A DNA stretch of 64,000 nt from an uncultured Planctomycetaceae bacterium (GTDB taxonomy: Bacteria; Planctomycetota; Planctomycetia; Isosphaerales; Isosphaeraceae): assembly GCA_963833985.1 (NCBI GenBank), contig CAWIAD010000001.1, positions 3,232,001-3,296,000 of the forward strand, given 5' to 3'. The translations under genes were made by a program, and so were the position numbers. The notes beneath the pieces are model-generated. The model made no database searches, was not told where the DNA came from, and saw only the letters and a program-made list of their open reading frames with translations. Below, one piece after another: positions 10,555 to 20,350 of the stretch (positions are counted from its first letter, which is position 1; each line of letters starts with the position of its first letter).

Positions 10555-13500
10555 CCGCCATCGCGCGGCGCACCAGTGCCAAGGGTCTCTTGATCTCGAC
10601 CCTGGTAACGGCCGAACTCACATGCGGACCCGAGAACGCAACGCTGCCGGAACCAACCCGCGATATTGCCGCCAGCACCGCCGGCCGGGGCGCTGCCGCT
10701 GTCGTGGAGCAGGTCGTGAAGGCGGACATGGCTCCCGAACTTGCCACGGCACGAACGCGGTAGAAGTACGTGGTGCCTGCGATAAGGCCGGCAGAGTCCA
10801 CATCAGCGAGATTCGTGACACTGCTCGACAGTGTGGTCCAGGTGATCTGGTCCGTGCTCCGCTGGACAATGTAGTTTGTCGCGCCGGGGACAGCCTTCCA
10901 GGACAGGCGAATACGCCCGGGGGCAGTGGCCACGGCCGAGAGATCCAGAGGCGCCGGCAGCACGCAGGGCATCACGGCCAGCGCGGGATTGAAAAGAACA
11001 CCCTGAACCGGCACGGTGATGGTCTCGCCGTTTGTGTACCTCAGCGTGAGCCTGTAGGTATTGTCGAGCTGAGGCGAGGCCATGCCCAGGAACAGGTCCG
11101 CGGTGGTCGAGCCGGCCGGCCACAGGAGCACCATCGTGGACTCGCCCGCAGTTGCGGGATACGACCACACCTGGCCGCCCGGTGCGACGATCACGAGGCT
11201 TGCAATGGATGCCCCTGGGACAAGACCCGTGAGCTGGAGATGCAGGTCCTGAATCCCGTCGGGCGAAGGTTTGCCTGTGCCTGAGCCGGTGAGGTCGTGG
11301 CCATCCTGCCCGATCATCAGCGCCTGGACCCCCTGGGGGACGGAGCTGGTCCCGTTGATGTCCAGGAAGTTGCCGGCATACAGGCTGGGATAATCGTCGA
11401 CGTTGAAAGGGAAATACGTCTGTCCGTTGTAGGTCGTCGCGGCGACCGTGGATGCGACCATCCGGCCGTTGACGATTCCCTCGAAGACCTGGCCGGTCGG
11501 CTCGGCACGCGGTGTCGCGGAGCCGTCCGGGTTGATCGTGCCGGCATGGTTGCCTTGCACGGCGATCACGTTCTCCACCGGATCGACGAAAAGCGGAACA
11601 TTCCATCCCCCCTGGGCATTCTGGCCCCAGCCGGGAAGGTATCCGCCGACGCTCCAGACGTATCTCGGGCTGCCGTACGGCCCGGCCGGGTCGATGCCCA
11701 GGGTCTCGCCGATCGTCACCGTGGGCGGCGAGGAGCTCTCTGCCGGGTTGTTCCCCAGGCCGTAGGCGGAGAAGAGCGAGGCGAACGCGCTGGCCCACGA
11801 GCCACTGCCCGAAAGGAGGCTGGAATCCCACTCGAAGGTATTTCCCACCACCGAAGCTGTGTCGTAGACGCGCCCGGTACTCAGCGCCAGCTCGTTGGTT
11901 GCCGAGTAATAAGAGAGAAAATGCTCCACGCCAATCTGGATTCCCAGTGAGTTACGGAAGGTGTTGCCCTGGACGACCGTGCCCAGGTTGGGCAGGGTGG
12001 TCCAGTTCAGCGGCAGGTTGACCGCGGCGCCCGCGGTGGGTTGAGAGTTGCACCCGGCGCCGATGATCATGGCCACCTGCGGGAAGACGCCGGCGTAGAC
12101 GGCGCCGTAGCTGACCTGATTGCCGATGATCCGCGTGCCGTAGGTGTCGCCATCCAGCTTCAGCGCCGTCGAGGTCCGGTTCGCCAGGTTGATCGTGTTG
12201 TCCAGGAACGCGCTGTTCACGAACCCGGGCGTAACCTCGATTATCCAGTAGCCTCCCGCCGGCGGTCGGGGCAGGGCATCGGCCATGAGCAACTCCAGGT
12301 TGTTGCCGGGCCCGAACGGCACAGGCACCTGCTGGGCGACGCGGAACCACTGGCCGGCCGAGGCCAGATTCTCCGAGCCGTCGCTGTTCACGCCGGCGAG
12401 GATCGACACCATGAGCCCCGGACCGGTCAATGTTTGTGCCAGGCCCGCGCGGATCCCGGGCAGCACGATCACCAGGCCATCGGACGATTGGGCGCCCAGG
12501 CGCCCCGCGAAGACCACGGCGTTGTTCTCCTCGAGCATGACCTCAGGTGCATTGATCCCGCCGGTGAAGGTCTCGCTCGCCATACTGTAACCCACGTCGT
12601 TCCCTGTCGCCCCCGCGCCTCCTCCGAACATGTTGTCCTCGACTGTGTTGTTGGCCCCTCCTCCTGCGAAGTTCACGAGCCGGAACTCGGTTCCGGCCGG
12701 GTCTGACTGGGTCACGCTGTTCCCCTGGATGAGCACATCATGCGGCCCGCCCACAGCGATGGCCGCGAGGGAATACGTGGCGGCCAGGGCTCCCGTGAAG
12801 GCGTTGTTCGCAACCGTCCAGGGTCCGCCCACGAGGTTGATCGACCCACCCTGGAAGGAGCAGCCGGTAATGGTGCCGTAATCTCCAAACCAGCCTCCTC
12901 CGCCATCCGTCTGGACCAGCGGCATCGCCGGCTCGCCCACGTAGACCTGCCCGTTCGCGGCTGCCTGGACTTGCAAGGCGGCAAAGCTGCTACCGTTATA
13001 CGCCGGTGGCCCGTAAACGGCGAGGTTCTGAAGCGTGACCCACTGGGTACTCTGCGGGGTGTTCTGGTCGCCCGTGTCAATCACCGCGTGGCTGATCCCC
13101 GCGCTGTTCTGAGGGTCCCAGACCGCCGGCACCGTGCCCGCGGGGTTGCTCCAGACCGGCGCCCGGCAAACCGGATCGTGAATCCCGCCAGCGTTACCTG
13201 GATGTGCCGCACCGTGCCGGGCGGGAAGTTGACGTAGATGGCTCCCGTCGCCGTGGCGGGCCAGGGCGCGGTATTTCCGCCCGGTTGGTTCTGGTCAAAG
13301 AGGATCGTGACACCCTGGCCGATGATCGTCACCGAGTGGGTGATTTGCAGTGGCTGGTTGACGACGATCGTCTGGTTGGGCACGGTGGTGGAAAGGTAGA
13401 CCGTGCCCATGGGATTGCTGTTGCCGAGGTACGCATCCAGCTCCGCCTCTGTGGACGCGGTGGCCGTGCCCGCCTGAGCACTGTAGAGGAGGCCCAGATT

Positions 13501-14463
13501 GTATCCCGAACCCGCAGGCTTGAACGTCTTCACGAAGACGGCCGGGTTCCCCGGGATCGTGGCCTGGAAGGTCAGTGTCGCGGATGCACCGTTGCTGGGC
13601 GCCTCCGTGCGCAAGGGCGGGAAATAAAGCTCGACGGTTTTCGAGTTCTTGTAGATCGTGTCGAGGTGGTTGTGCGAGACCTCCGAGAGCAGGCTGTCCC
13701 ACTCGAGCCCGGCCTGGTCGCTGAGGGTGAAGACCAGCCCGCCACTGGTGCTGCTCCCCTGCCCGCCGCCTGTAAAATCGGCGGGGTTGAAGGTGGCTCC
13801 CCGCGGGGCTGTGACGGTCAGGTGGACCATACCCGGATGGCCCGTCGGATCGTCCTGTCCATGATCGGTCACCGTCATGCCGCCGGCCGTCGCGGCAGGG
13901 GGCGTGGCGATCGCGGCCACCGGCAGCGCGGCCGACCTGAGATGTTCCACCTGGAAGGTGTCTGAGTCGGTGATGGTCGTGTTCTGGTAATTGACGGTAA
14001 CGGTGAGCCAGTCGCCGTTTTGCAGGCCAACCAGCGGCCCGGTCGAGCCTCCCAGTGAGATCGGCGATCCCGTGCCGGCCGCCGGCGCCACGCTCTGCAC
14101 CTGGGGGTTGATGTAGAGGTCGCCCGTCGTTCCCGAGGATGCGACGAACTCCGCCATCGAATAGCCGTACTCGCCCAGACCGGGAACGTTGTTGCCGTTG
14201 GAGTTTGGCTGCGTTTGCCAGGCGAAGCTGCCGACTGCGGCTCCGCCCTCGGGTGTCACCAGGATCCGGTCCACGGTCCAGCCCGCGTGGATTCCCGAGA
14301 GCTGGAGGCCAAGGTCCTGGATGCCGTCGCCCCCCTGCGACGCGTCGGGGCCAACCAGGTCCACACCGGTTTGCCCCGGTGCGTCGCTGACCGTGAATGA
14401 GAGCAGCCTGCGTGATTCGAGTGGGCAGACGAGCGGCAGATACCGGCGGGTGCGCTGAGTCAT
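10517..14463 (-). CDS. Large secreted planctomycete surface protein: Planc_extracel motif, beta-helix region, FN3 domain (frameshift ~13160)
   Basis: N-terminal PLESRRLLS; parallel beta-helix-like repeats (NNAF, GNSV, DNTI, GNTF); FN3 motif LSW...ATNYIVQRS...TTYFYRVRA. Two ORFs joined by one frame change. Confidence 0.75.
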
Positions 14464-14605
14464 CGTGAGGCGTCCGGATTCGAGGAACAGCCTCCCTGGG
14501 AGATCTTCCTCAACTCCGTCTGAAGAACCCTGGAAACCCCGGTCATTCTAGCAGGAGCCTAGGATACGTCCGAAAGGATTCAAGGCTCCGCCAGGCTCGG
14601 CATTT

Positions 14606-14869
14606 CACGCACCGAACCACGAAATACACGAGTAACGTGGAAGACACGCACGGAACCACGAAATACACGAAAGGAATTCCAGGGAGCAGTCAACTGAGAG
14701 TCTCTCTGGATATAACCATCAGATTATCATATGAATATCAAATAGTTTATCCGGATACGAACACTCCTCTCTTGTTTCGTGTATTTCGTGTATTTCGTGG
14801 TGACCCCCTCTTCCTGGTGATCCATGGTGTCCCCTCTTCCTGGTGATCCGTTTTCGTGGTGATCCCCTC
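14606..14869. repeat. Intergenic repeat element built from CCACGAAATACACGAAA units in direct and inverted orientation
   Basis: 26-bp direct repeat at 14606-14631 and 14645-14670 (1 mismatch); inverted copy TTTCGTGTATTTCGTGTATTTCGTGGT at 14775-14801; 19-bp direct repeat CCCCTCTTCCTGGTGATCC at 14805 and 14831. Confidence 0.85.
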
Positions 14870-14914
14870 GAGGATGCGATGGTTGTCTCCGCGAAACGCG
14901 CCGGTCAGCGCGGC

Positions 14915-14943
14915 TTTCCAACCACGCGGGGGATTGCTAGACT
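14915..14943 (+). promoter_or_regulatory. Candidate sigma70 promoter for metK
   Basis: TTTCCA (14915-20), 17-bp spacer, TAGACT (14938-43) with extended -10 TG. Confidence 0.45.
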
Positions 14944-15119
14944 AAAGTGCCGACGTGTCGTGAGCGCCTGCGTGCAAGGATCGCCTTGATCCGGACCGCC
15001 GGAACGCACCCGGTGGTGGTGTTCGCGTGTCAAGCCCTCCCGTGTTCCACCAGCGCCGCTCTCCGCGAGCCACGATTTCATTGAACACCTCTGTTCCGAC
15101 TGCTAGGAGACAAGCTGCC

Positions 15120-16316
15120 GTGCCGAACCGAGACAACTACCTGTTCACGAGCGAATCGGTCTCGATGGGCCATCCCGACAAGATGGCCGACCAGATCTCT
15201 GACGGCATCCTTGATGCCATCCTGGCGCAAGATCCGCACGCCCGTGTGGCCTGTGAGAGTCTCCTGACCACGGGGCTGGTCTGCCTGGCCGGTGAGATCA
15301 CCACCAAGGCCATGGTCGACTACCCGACAATCGTGCGCCAGGTCGTCCGGGAAATCGGCTACACCTCCAGCGAGATGGGCTTCGACGCAACCACCTGCGC
15401 CGTGATGGTGGCCCTGGGCAAGCAGTCGCCCGATATCGCTCAGGGTGTGGACGAGAATTCCGAGGCGGGCAAGGACATTGGCGCCGGCGACCAGGGGATG
15501 ATGTTCGGCTTCGCCTGCAATGAGACGCCCGAGCTGATGCCCTTGCCGATCGCGCTGGCGCACCGTGTCATTCACCGCATCACCGAGCTGCGGCAGAGCG
15601 GCGAAATTCGCTGGCTGCGGCCGGACGCCAAGAGCCAGGTCACCATCGAGTACGACGGCTATACTCCTGTCCGGGTGGATACCGTGGTTGTTTCCACCCA
15701 GCATGCACCGGATGTCTCGCACGCCGAGATCGTCAAGACCATCACGCAGCAGGTGATCGAGCCGGTGATTCCATCGGAGCTGGTGAACGGATCGATCACC
15801 TACCACATCAACCCGACCGGCAAGTTCGTCATCGGCGGCCCGCACGGCGACTCGGGCGTGACCGGCCGCAAGATCATCGTCGACACCTACGGCGGCATGG
15901 GCCGGCACGGCGGCGGCGCCTTCAGCGGCAAGGACCCCACCAAGGTGGACCGCTCGGCCGCTTACATGGCCCGGTATGTCGCCAAGAACATCGTCGCCGC
16001 GGGCCTTGCCGAGCGCTGCGAGCTCCAGCTCGCCTACGCGATTGGCGTTTCCGAGCCGGTCAGCGTGCACGTGGATACGTTCGGCACCGGCCAGTTGCCG
16101 GACTCGGCCATCTCCGAGATTGTCCGCAAGGGCTTCCCGCTCACGCCCTCGGGCATTATCAAACATCTCGATTTGCGCCGGCCCATCTATCGCAAAACCG
16201 CCAGCGGAGGCCACTTCGGACGCTCCGAGCCGGAGTTCACCTGGGAACGGACTGACAAGGCTCAGCTCCTGCGCGACCTCAGCACCACCCTGGCCCGGGA
16301 GAGCACCCTGGTCTGA
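15120..16316 (+). CDS. metK: S-adenosylmethionine synthetase
   Basis: [49 protein letters not shown] start with AGGAG RBS. Confidence 0.98.
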   Translation: MPNRDNYLFTSESVSMGHPDKMADQISDGILDAILAQDPHARVACESLLTTGLVCLAGEITTKAMVDYPTIVRQVVREIGYTSSEMGFDATTCAVMVALGKQSPDIAQGVDENSEAGKDIGAGDQGMMFGFACNETPELMPLPIALAHRVIHRITELRQSGEIRWLRPDAKSQVTIEYDGYTPVRVDTVVVSTQHAPDVSHAEIVKTITQQVIEPVIPSELVNGSITYHINPTGKFVIGGPHGDSGVTGRKIIVDTYGGMGRHGGGAFSGKDPTKVDRSAAYMARYVAKNIVAAGLAERCELQLAYAIGVSEPVSVHVDTFGTGQLPDSAISEIVRKGFPLTPSGIIKHLDLRRPIYRKTASGGHFGRSEPEFTWERTDKAQLLRDLSTTLARESTLV

Positions 16317-16430
16317 GCCGGCGCGATCGGTCAAGATCACGGCCAAGCACGCGGAGGACGGGCGCCCGGAGCTTGCCGCCTGGCGGCAGACGTGCCGCTC
16401 GTCCCTTCGCCGCGAAATACAGGAAGAGCC

Positions 16431-17659
16431 ATGAGCACCGCGGGGGATCTCGAAGGCCGTGCCAGCGAGGCATTCGCCGAGCAGTACGGTTCCCGGCCCA
16501 CCGCCCTGGGGGTCGCACCCGGCCGCGTGGAACTGCTGGGCAACCATACCGACTACAACGGCGGCCTGGTGATGGCCGTGGCCATCGACCGCTTCACCGC
16601 GGTCGCGGGGCGGTCAATCCCCGGCCGCTCCTGCCGCGCCTATGCCCTGAACTTCAAACGGGCCGACACGTTTAACCTGGACGCACTGGAGCGGGACGCT
16701 TCGGGAGACTGGCCGAACTACGTCAAAGGAGTGGCCTGGGCCATCGCCGAGGCGCGGGGCGCCCGACTGAGCTCGGGCTTCGACCTGGCCATGGTCGGGA
16801 ACGTCCCCCTGGGCGCGGGGCTCTCCAGCTCGGCGAGCTTGCAGGCCGCACTGGCGTTCTTTCTGCTCCAGGCCGGCGTCGTGCCGGGTCAGGCCGCCGG
16901 GGACTATGAGGGCCAGGCCGCCGACCCCGCGGCATGGCGCTTGCCCAGGTTCTCAGGCGATCGGAGAACGCGTTCGTCGGCGTCGCCTCGGGACTGCTCG
17001 ACCAGTTTTCGAGCCTCTTCGGCAAGGCCCATCATGCGCTTTACCTTGATTGCCAGACACTCGAGCACGCACGTTTGCCGCTGGGTGAGCCTGGACCGGC
17101 AATCATCATCTGCGATTCGCTGACCACGCGCCGGCTTGCCGACGGCATGTACAATCGACGCCGCGCCGAGTGCGAGTCGGTCGTCGCCTACTTCCAGAAC
17201 CGGAAGGGCGCGGACGCCGTCCAGACGCTCCGGCAGGTGGACCTGGAGGAGCTCGAGGAGCACTGGGACCGGCTTGATCCTGTGGGCCGCAAGCGTGCGC
17301 GGCACGTCCTTACCGAGAACGAGCGGGTGCGCCAGGGTGCAAACCTTCTGCAAACGGGCGATCTGGCCGGCTTCGGCCGGCTGGTTTCTGCCTCGCACGC
17401 GTCCTCGCGCGACGACTTCGAGAACAGCTCCTCCGCGCTGGACGCCCTGGTGGAGGCCGCCGAGGCGAGCACGGGATTCCTGGGTGGCAAGCTTTCGGGT
17501 GCCGGCTGGGCGGGGTGCACAGTCAACCTTGTCCGCGCCGGGCAAGCCGATGATTTTGCGCAGAGCGTGCGCAGCCTGGCCGCCCGCGCACTCGGTGCCA
17601 CTCCGGAAATTCACATTTGCCGGGCCGCCGACGGCGCTCTCGGCCGCGCTCTCGCCTGA
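16431..17659 (+). CDS. galK: Galactokinase / GHMP sugar kinase (frameshift ~16930)
   Basis: APGRVELLGNHTDYN, VPLGAGLSSSA, GLLDQ, YNRRRAEC, SHASSRDDFE, SGAGWAG. Confidence 0.85.
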
Positions 17660-17721
17660 AACCTTGGCCCTGACCGGGCGGCTGGCTGCGCAGACCGCAG
17701 CCAGGGAGGCAGGTTCATCGC

Positions 17722-18177
17722 ATGATCTGGTCGCGGCTGCTGGCCGATGGCATCGTCGTCTTCCACGCCTGCTACGTGGGATTCGTCGTGTTTGGGCTGG
17801 CGGCAACCCTGGTCGGTGCGGTCTGCCGCTGGAGCTGGGTACGGAACATTTACTTCCGGGCAATTCACCTGGCCATGATTGCGATCGTGGTGGGCGAGGC
17901 AGTCACCGGCATCCCCTGCCCGCTCACCATCTGGGAGAAGCAACTGCGCACGCGCGCCGGCCAGGCCAGTTACCCGGGCGACTTCATCGGCCACTGGGTG
18001 CACCGTTTGATCTTTTACGATGTCCCGCCCTGGGTTTTCACATGGGCTTACATCGTCTTCGGCCTTGCGGTCGTGGCAACGTTCGTGCTGGCCCCACCCC
18101 GTCTTCCCGGCGGCCGCAAGCCGGGGGAACGCAAAGTCGCGGCGCGCTTGCGCGGCGGGTGTCGGACCCGAGATTGA
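17722..18177 (+). CDS. DUF2784-like membrane protein
   Basis: LADGIVVFH..YV.FVV.G, HL, CPLTIWE..LR..AG...Y.G.FI.HW pattern. Confidence 0.8.
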   Translation: MIWSRLLADGIVVFHACYVGFVVFGLAATLVGAVCRWSWVRNIYFRAIHLAMIAIVVGEAVTGIPCPLTIWEKQLRTRAGQASYPGDFIGHWVHRLIFYDVPPWVFTWAYIVFGLAVVATFVLAPPRLPGGRKPGERKVAARLRGGCRTRD

Positions 18178-18309
18178 CCTGCAAGAGGCTTCGGCCTATG
18201 ATCTCCGCCGCCCGCCCTGGATGAACCACCACGCGCCAGATCAATTGTGCCCTGCAAATGCGTCGGGGCTCGCCGATTGCTTCCTTCCAGCCAGGGATGG
18301 GGGTCGTCC

Positions 18310-19944
18310 ATGCCATTCATGCCGGGCCAGTCGGCCCTCGTCACGCCCGGGGTGACGGCTTCCCCCATCCGCTCACGCCGTCTGCCAGCCGTTCGATCGG
18401 AACCCTCGGTCCAGAACGAACTCCGGCACAAGGGCAAGTACCGAGCACTCTGGGCCTATCTCGCCGCTGTTCTCGGAGGCGTCGTCCTTGCGGGAGCCTG
18501 GCTCGTGCCCGAGACCGCCTTGAGTGCCTGGCTCGGCGGGTGCGCCGCTCTCCTGCTGGTGTACGCCGTCCGTACCCGGCGGCCCTTTTTGCCACTCTAT
18601 TGCGCCGGACTCGCCGGCCACCTCATCGGTTTTCATTGGGTCTACCAGACGGTCCATGTCTTCGGCGAGTTCGGACCTCCGGCGGCCGCGGCAGTCTTCG
18701 CGCTCTTCGTGGTCACGGGCGCGCTTCAGTTCCTGCTCTTCGCGCTGATCCACCATTTCCTGGATTCCGCGTTTGACGCCCTGGCACTGAGATCGGCGAC
18801 GGCGGTAGCACTCTCGGAACTGCTCATGCCCCGGCTTTTCCCCTGGCATTTCGGCCATACGCAAATTCATTTCACGCCGTTCGTGCAAATCGCGGGGCTC
18901 GGCGGTGCGATCACGGTCTCCTTCCTCATGTTCTGGATGGCGGAGGTCGTCGTCCGCGTCGTCATCGGCCAAGAGCGACGGAGAGCCTTTCTCGTGCCCG
19001 TCGGTGTCTCGGTGCTCGCGCTGGCATACGGGGCGGCAATGATCAGCCTGTTCAGTTCGCCCAAGGGCGTACCACAGGAAGTGGTGCTGGTGCAAGGCAA
19101 TGCCACACTCGCCGAGAAGCATGACCTCGCTTCCGCCGGGCAGAACCTGGTACGGATTTTTGAGCTGAGCAGGGCCGCCGCCCATCCCGGCTCCCTGGTC
19201 GTCTGGCCCGAGGGCGCGGTCCCGGCGTATATCCCGGCCAACATCGGTTCGGTGGGCCAGCCGCCCATGCTGCCCTGGTTCAACAACGGCTCGGCATTCC
19301 TCGTCGGCTCCTATGCGTTCCTGCCGGGCGAGCGGCGCTTCAATGCCGCCTTCGCGGTTCATCCGGATGGCGAGGTGCCGATGCCGTACTGCAAGCGAGT
19401 CCTCATCCCCTTCGGTGAGTTCATGCCTCTTGCGTCCTACTTCACGGGGCTTCAGGAGCTGAACGCCAGGGCCGGCGTCTTCAGCGCAGGGACGGAGGCC
19501 GCGGTCTTCGCCTACCCGATGCACCGGCCGGATGGGACAGCCTATTCCTTGAAGGTCTCACCGCTGATTTGCTATGAGGACACCCTTCCTTCGCTGGCCC
19601 GTGAGTCAGTCAGGAAGGGGGCCGAGCTGCTGGTGAACATCACGTCCGACACCTGGTTCGGCCGCTCGCTGGCCCTGCACCAGCATCACCTGATCGCGGC
19701 GTTCCGGGCGATCGAGAACCGGCGCTACCTGGTACGTGCCACCAACACGGGCCTGAGTGCCGTTGTCGACCCGCTCGGCAAGACCGTTGCGCGCATTCCT
19801 CCCTTCTCCGAAGGCGCGGCGACGGCCCAGGTAAGGCTCTTGAATTATCGCAGCCCTTATAGCACCTGGATCGGCGATAGCCCATGGTGGGCCTTGCTCA
19901 CGATCAGCATCGGCATGTTCGTCGTGAAGCGATGGCGCGGCTGA
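18310..19944 (+). CDS. lnt: Apolipoprotein N-acyltransferase
   Basis: N-terminal TM helices; nitrilase-fold triad WPE, K..L.PFGE, ICYED; RAIENRR, RATNTG.S. Start uncertain (18247-18319). Confidence 0.92.
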   Translation: MPFMPGQSALVTPGVTASPIRSRRLPAVRSEPSVQNELRHKGKYRALWAYLAAVLGGVVLAGAWLVPETALSAWLGGCAALLLVYAVRTRRPFLPLYCAGLAGHLIGFHWVYQTVHVFGEFGPPAAAAVFALFVVTGALQFLLFALIHHFLDSAFDALALRSATAVALSELLMPRLFPWHFGHTQIHFTPFVQIAGLGGAITVSFLMFWMAEVVVRVVIGQERRRAFLVPVGVSVLALAYGAAMISLFSSPKGVPQEVVLVQGNATLAEKHDLASAGQNLVRIFELSRAAAHPGSLVVWPEGAVPAYIPANIGSVGQPPMLPWFNNGSAFLVGSYAFLPGERRFNAAFAVHPDGEVPMPYCKRVLIPFGEFMPLASYFTGLQELNARAGVFSAGTEAAVFAYPMHRPDGTAYSLKVSPLICYEDTLPSLARESVRKGAELLVNITSDTWFGRSLALHQHHLIAAFRAIENRRYLVRATNTGLSAVVDPLGKTVARIPPFSEGAATAQVRLLNYRSPYSTWIGDSPWWALLTISIGMFVVKRWRG

Positions 19945-20006
19945 AACTTGCCTCTCGACCGGACCAGGCTCGATCCCTGAGCCCGGGTGCAAAACACCGT
20001 TCGAGC

Positions 20007-20024
20007 TCGTGATTGACGTCACGA
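20007..20024. promoter_or_regulatory. CRP/FNR-like palindrome
   Basis: TCGTGA-TTGACG-TCACGA, i.e. GTGA-N6-TCAC. Confidence 0.3.
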
Positions 20025-20350
20025 AGCACTTCGGCGGCCGGCTGAACACGCTGATTATTTTGGACAGGCATCGGCCAGGGTACTCGTTCCGGGGATCCGG
20101 GCCCGGGACCAGGCAGCGACACTCAGCCGTTGTTTTCGCGCGCATCCGATGGCCGCAAGTCTTTACCGGACGCGGAGAAAGCGACTATAAGCGCGCCGGG
20201 TTCGGATCCGGCGTCCAACTTTTCTACGTTTCCCCGACTGGTTCAATTAAATTCGATGGCGTGCGGACTCTCCCTTGCTTCTCCGGGACCTCGATCCAGG
20301 GGTCATGATCGCATCGTTGCCACATCGGACCGAGGCCGAAAGACTTCCCC

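Noticed and set aside
14606..14869. CRISPR array
   Set aside because: Only two copies per repeat, very short gaps (13 and 7 nt), an inverted copy, and no cas genes.
14950..15119. Canonical SAM-I, SAM-II or SAM-V riboswitch call
   Set aside because: Consensus cores are not visible; kept only as a candidate finding.
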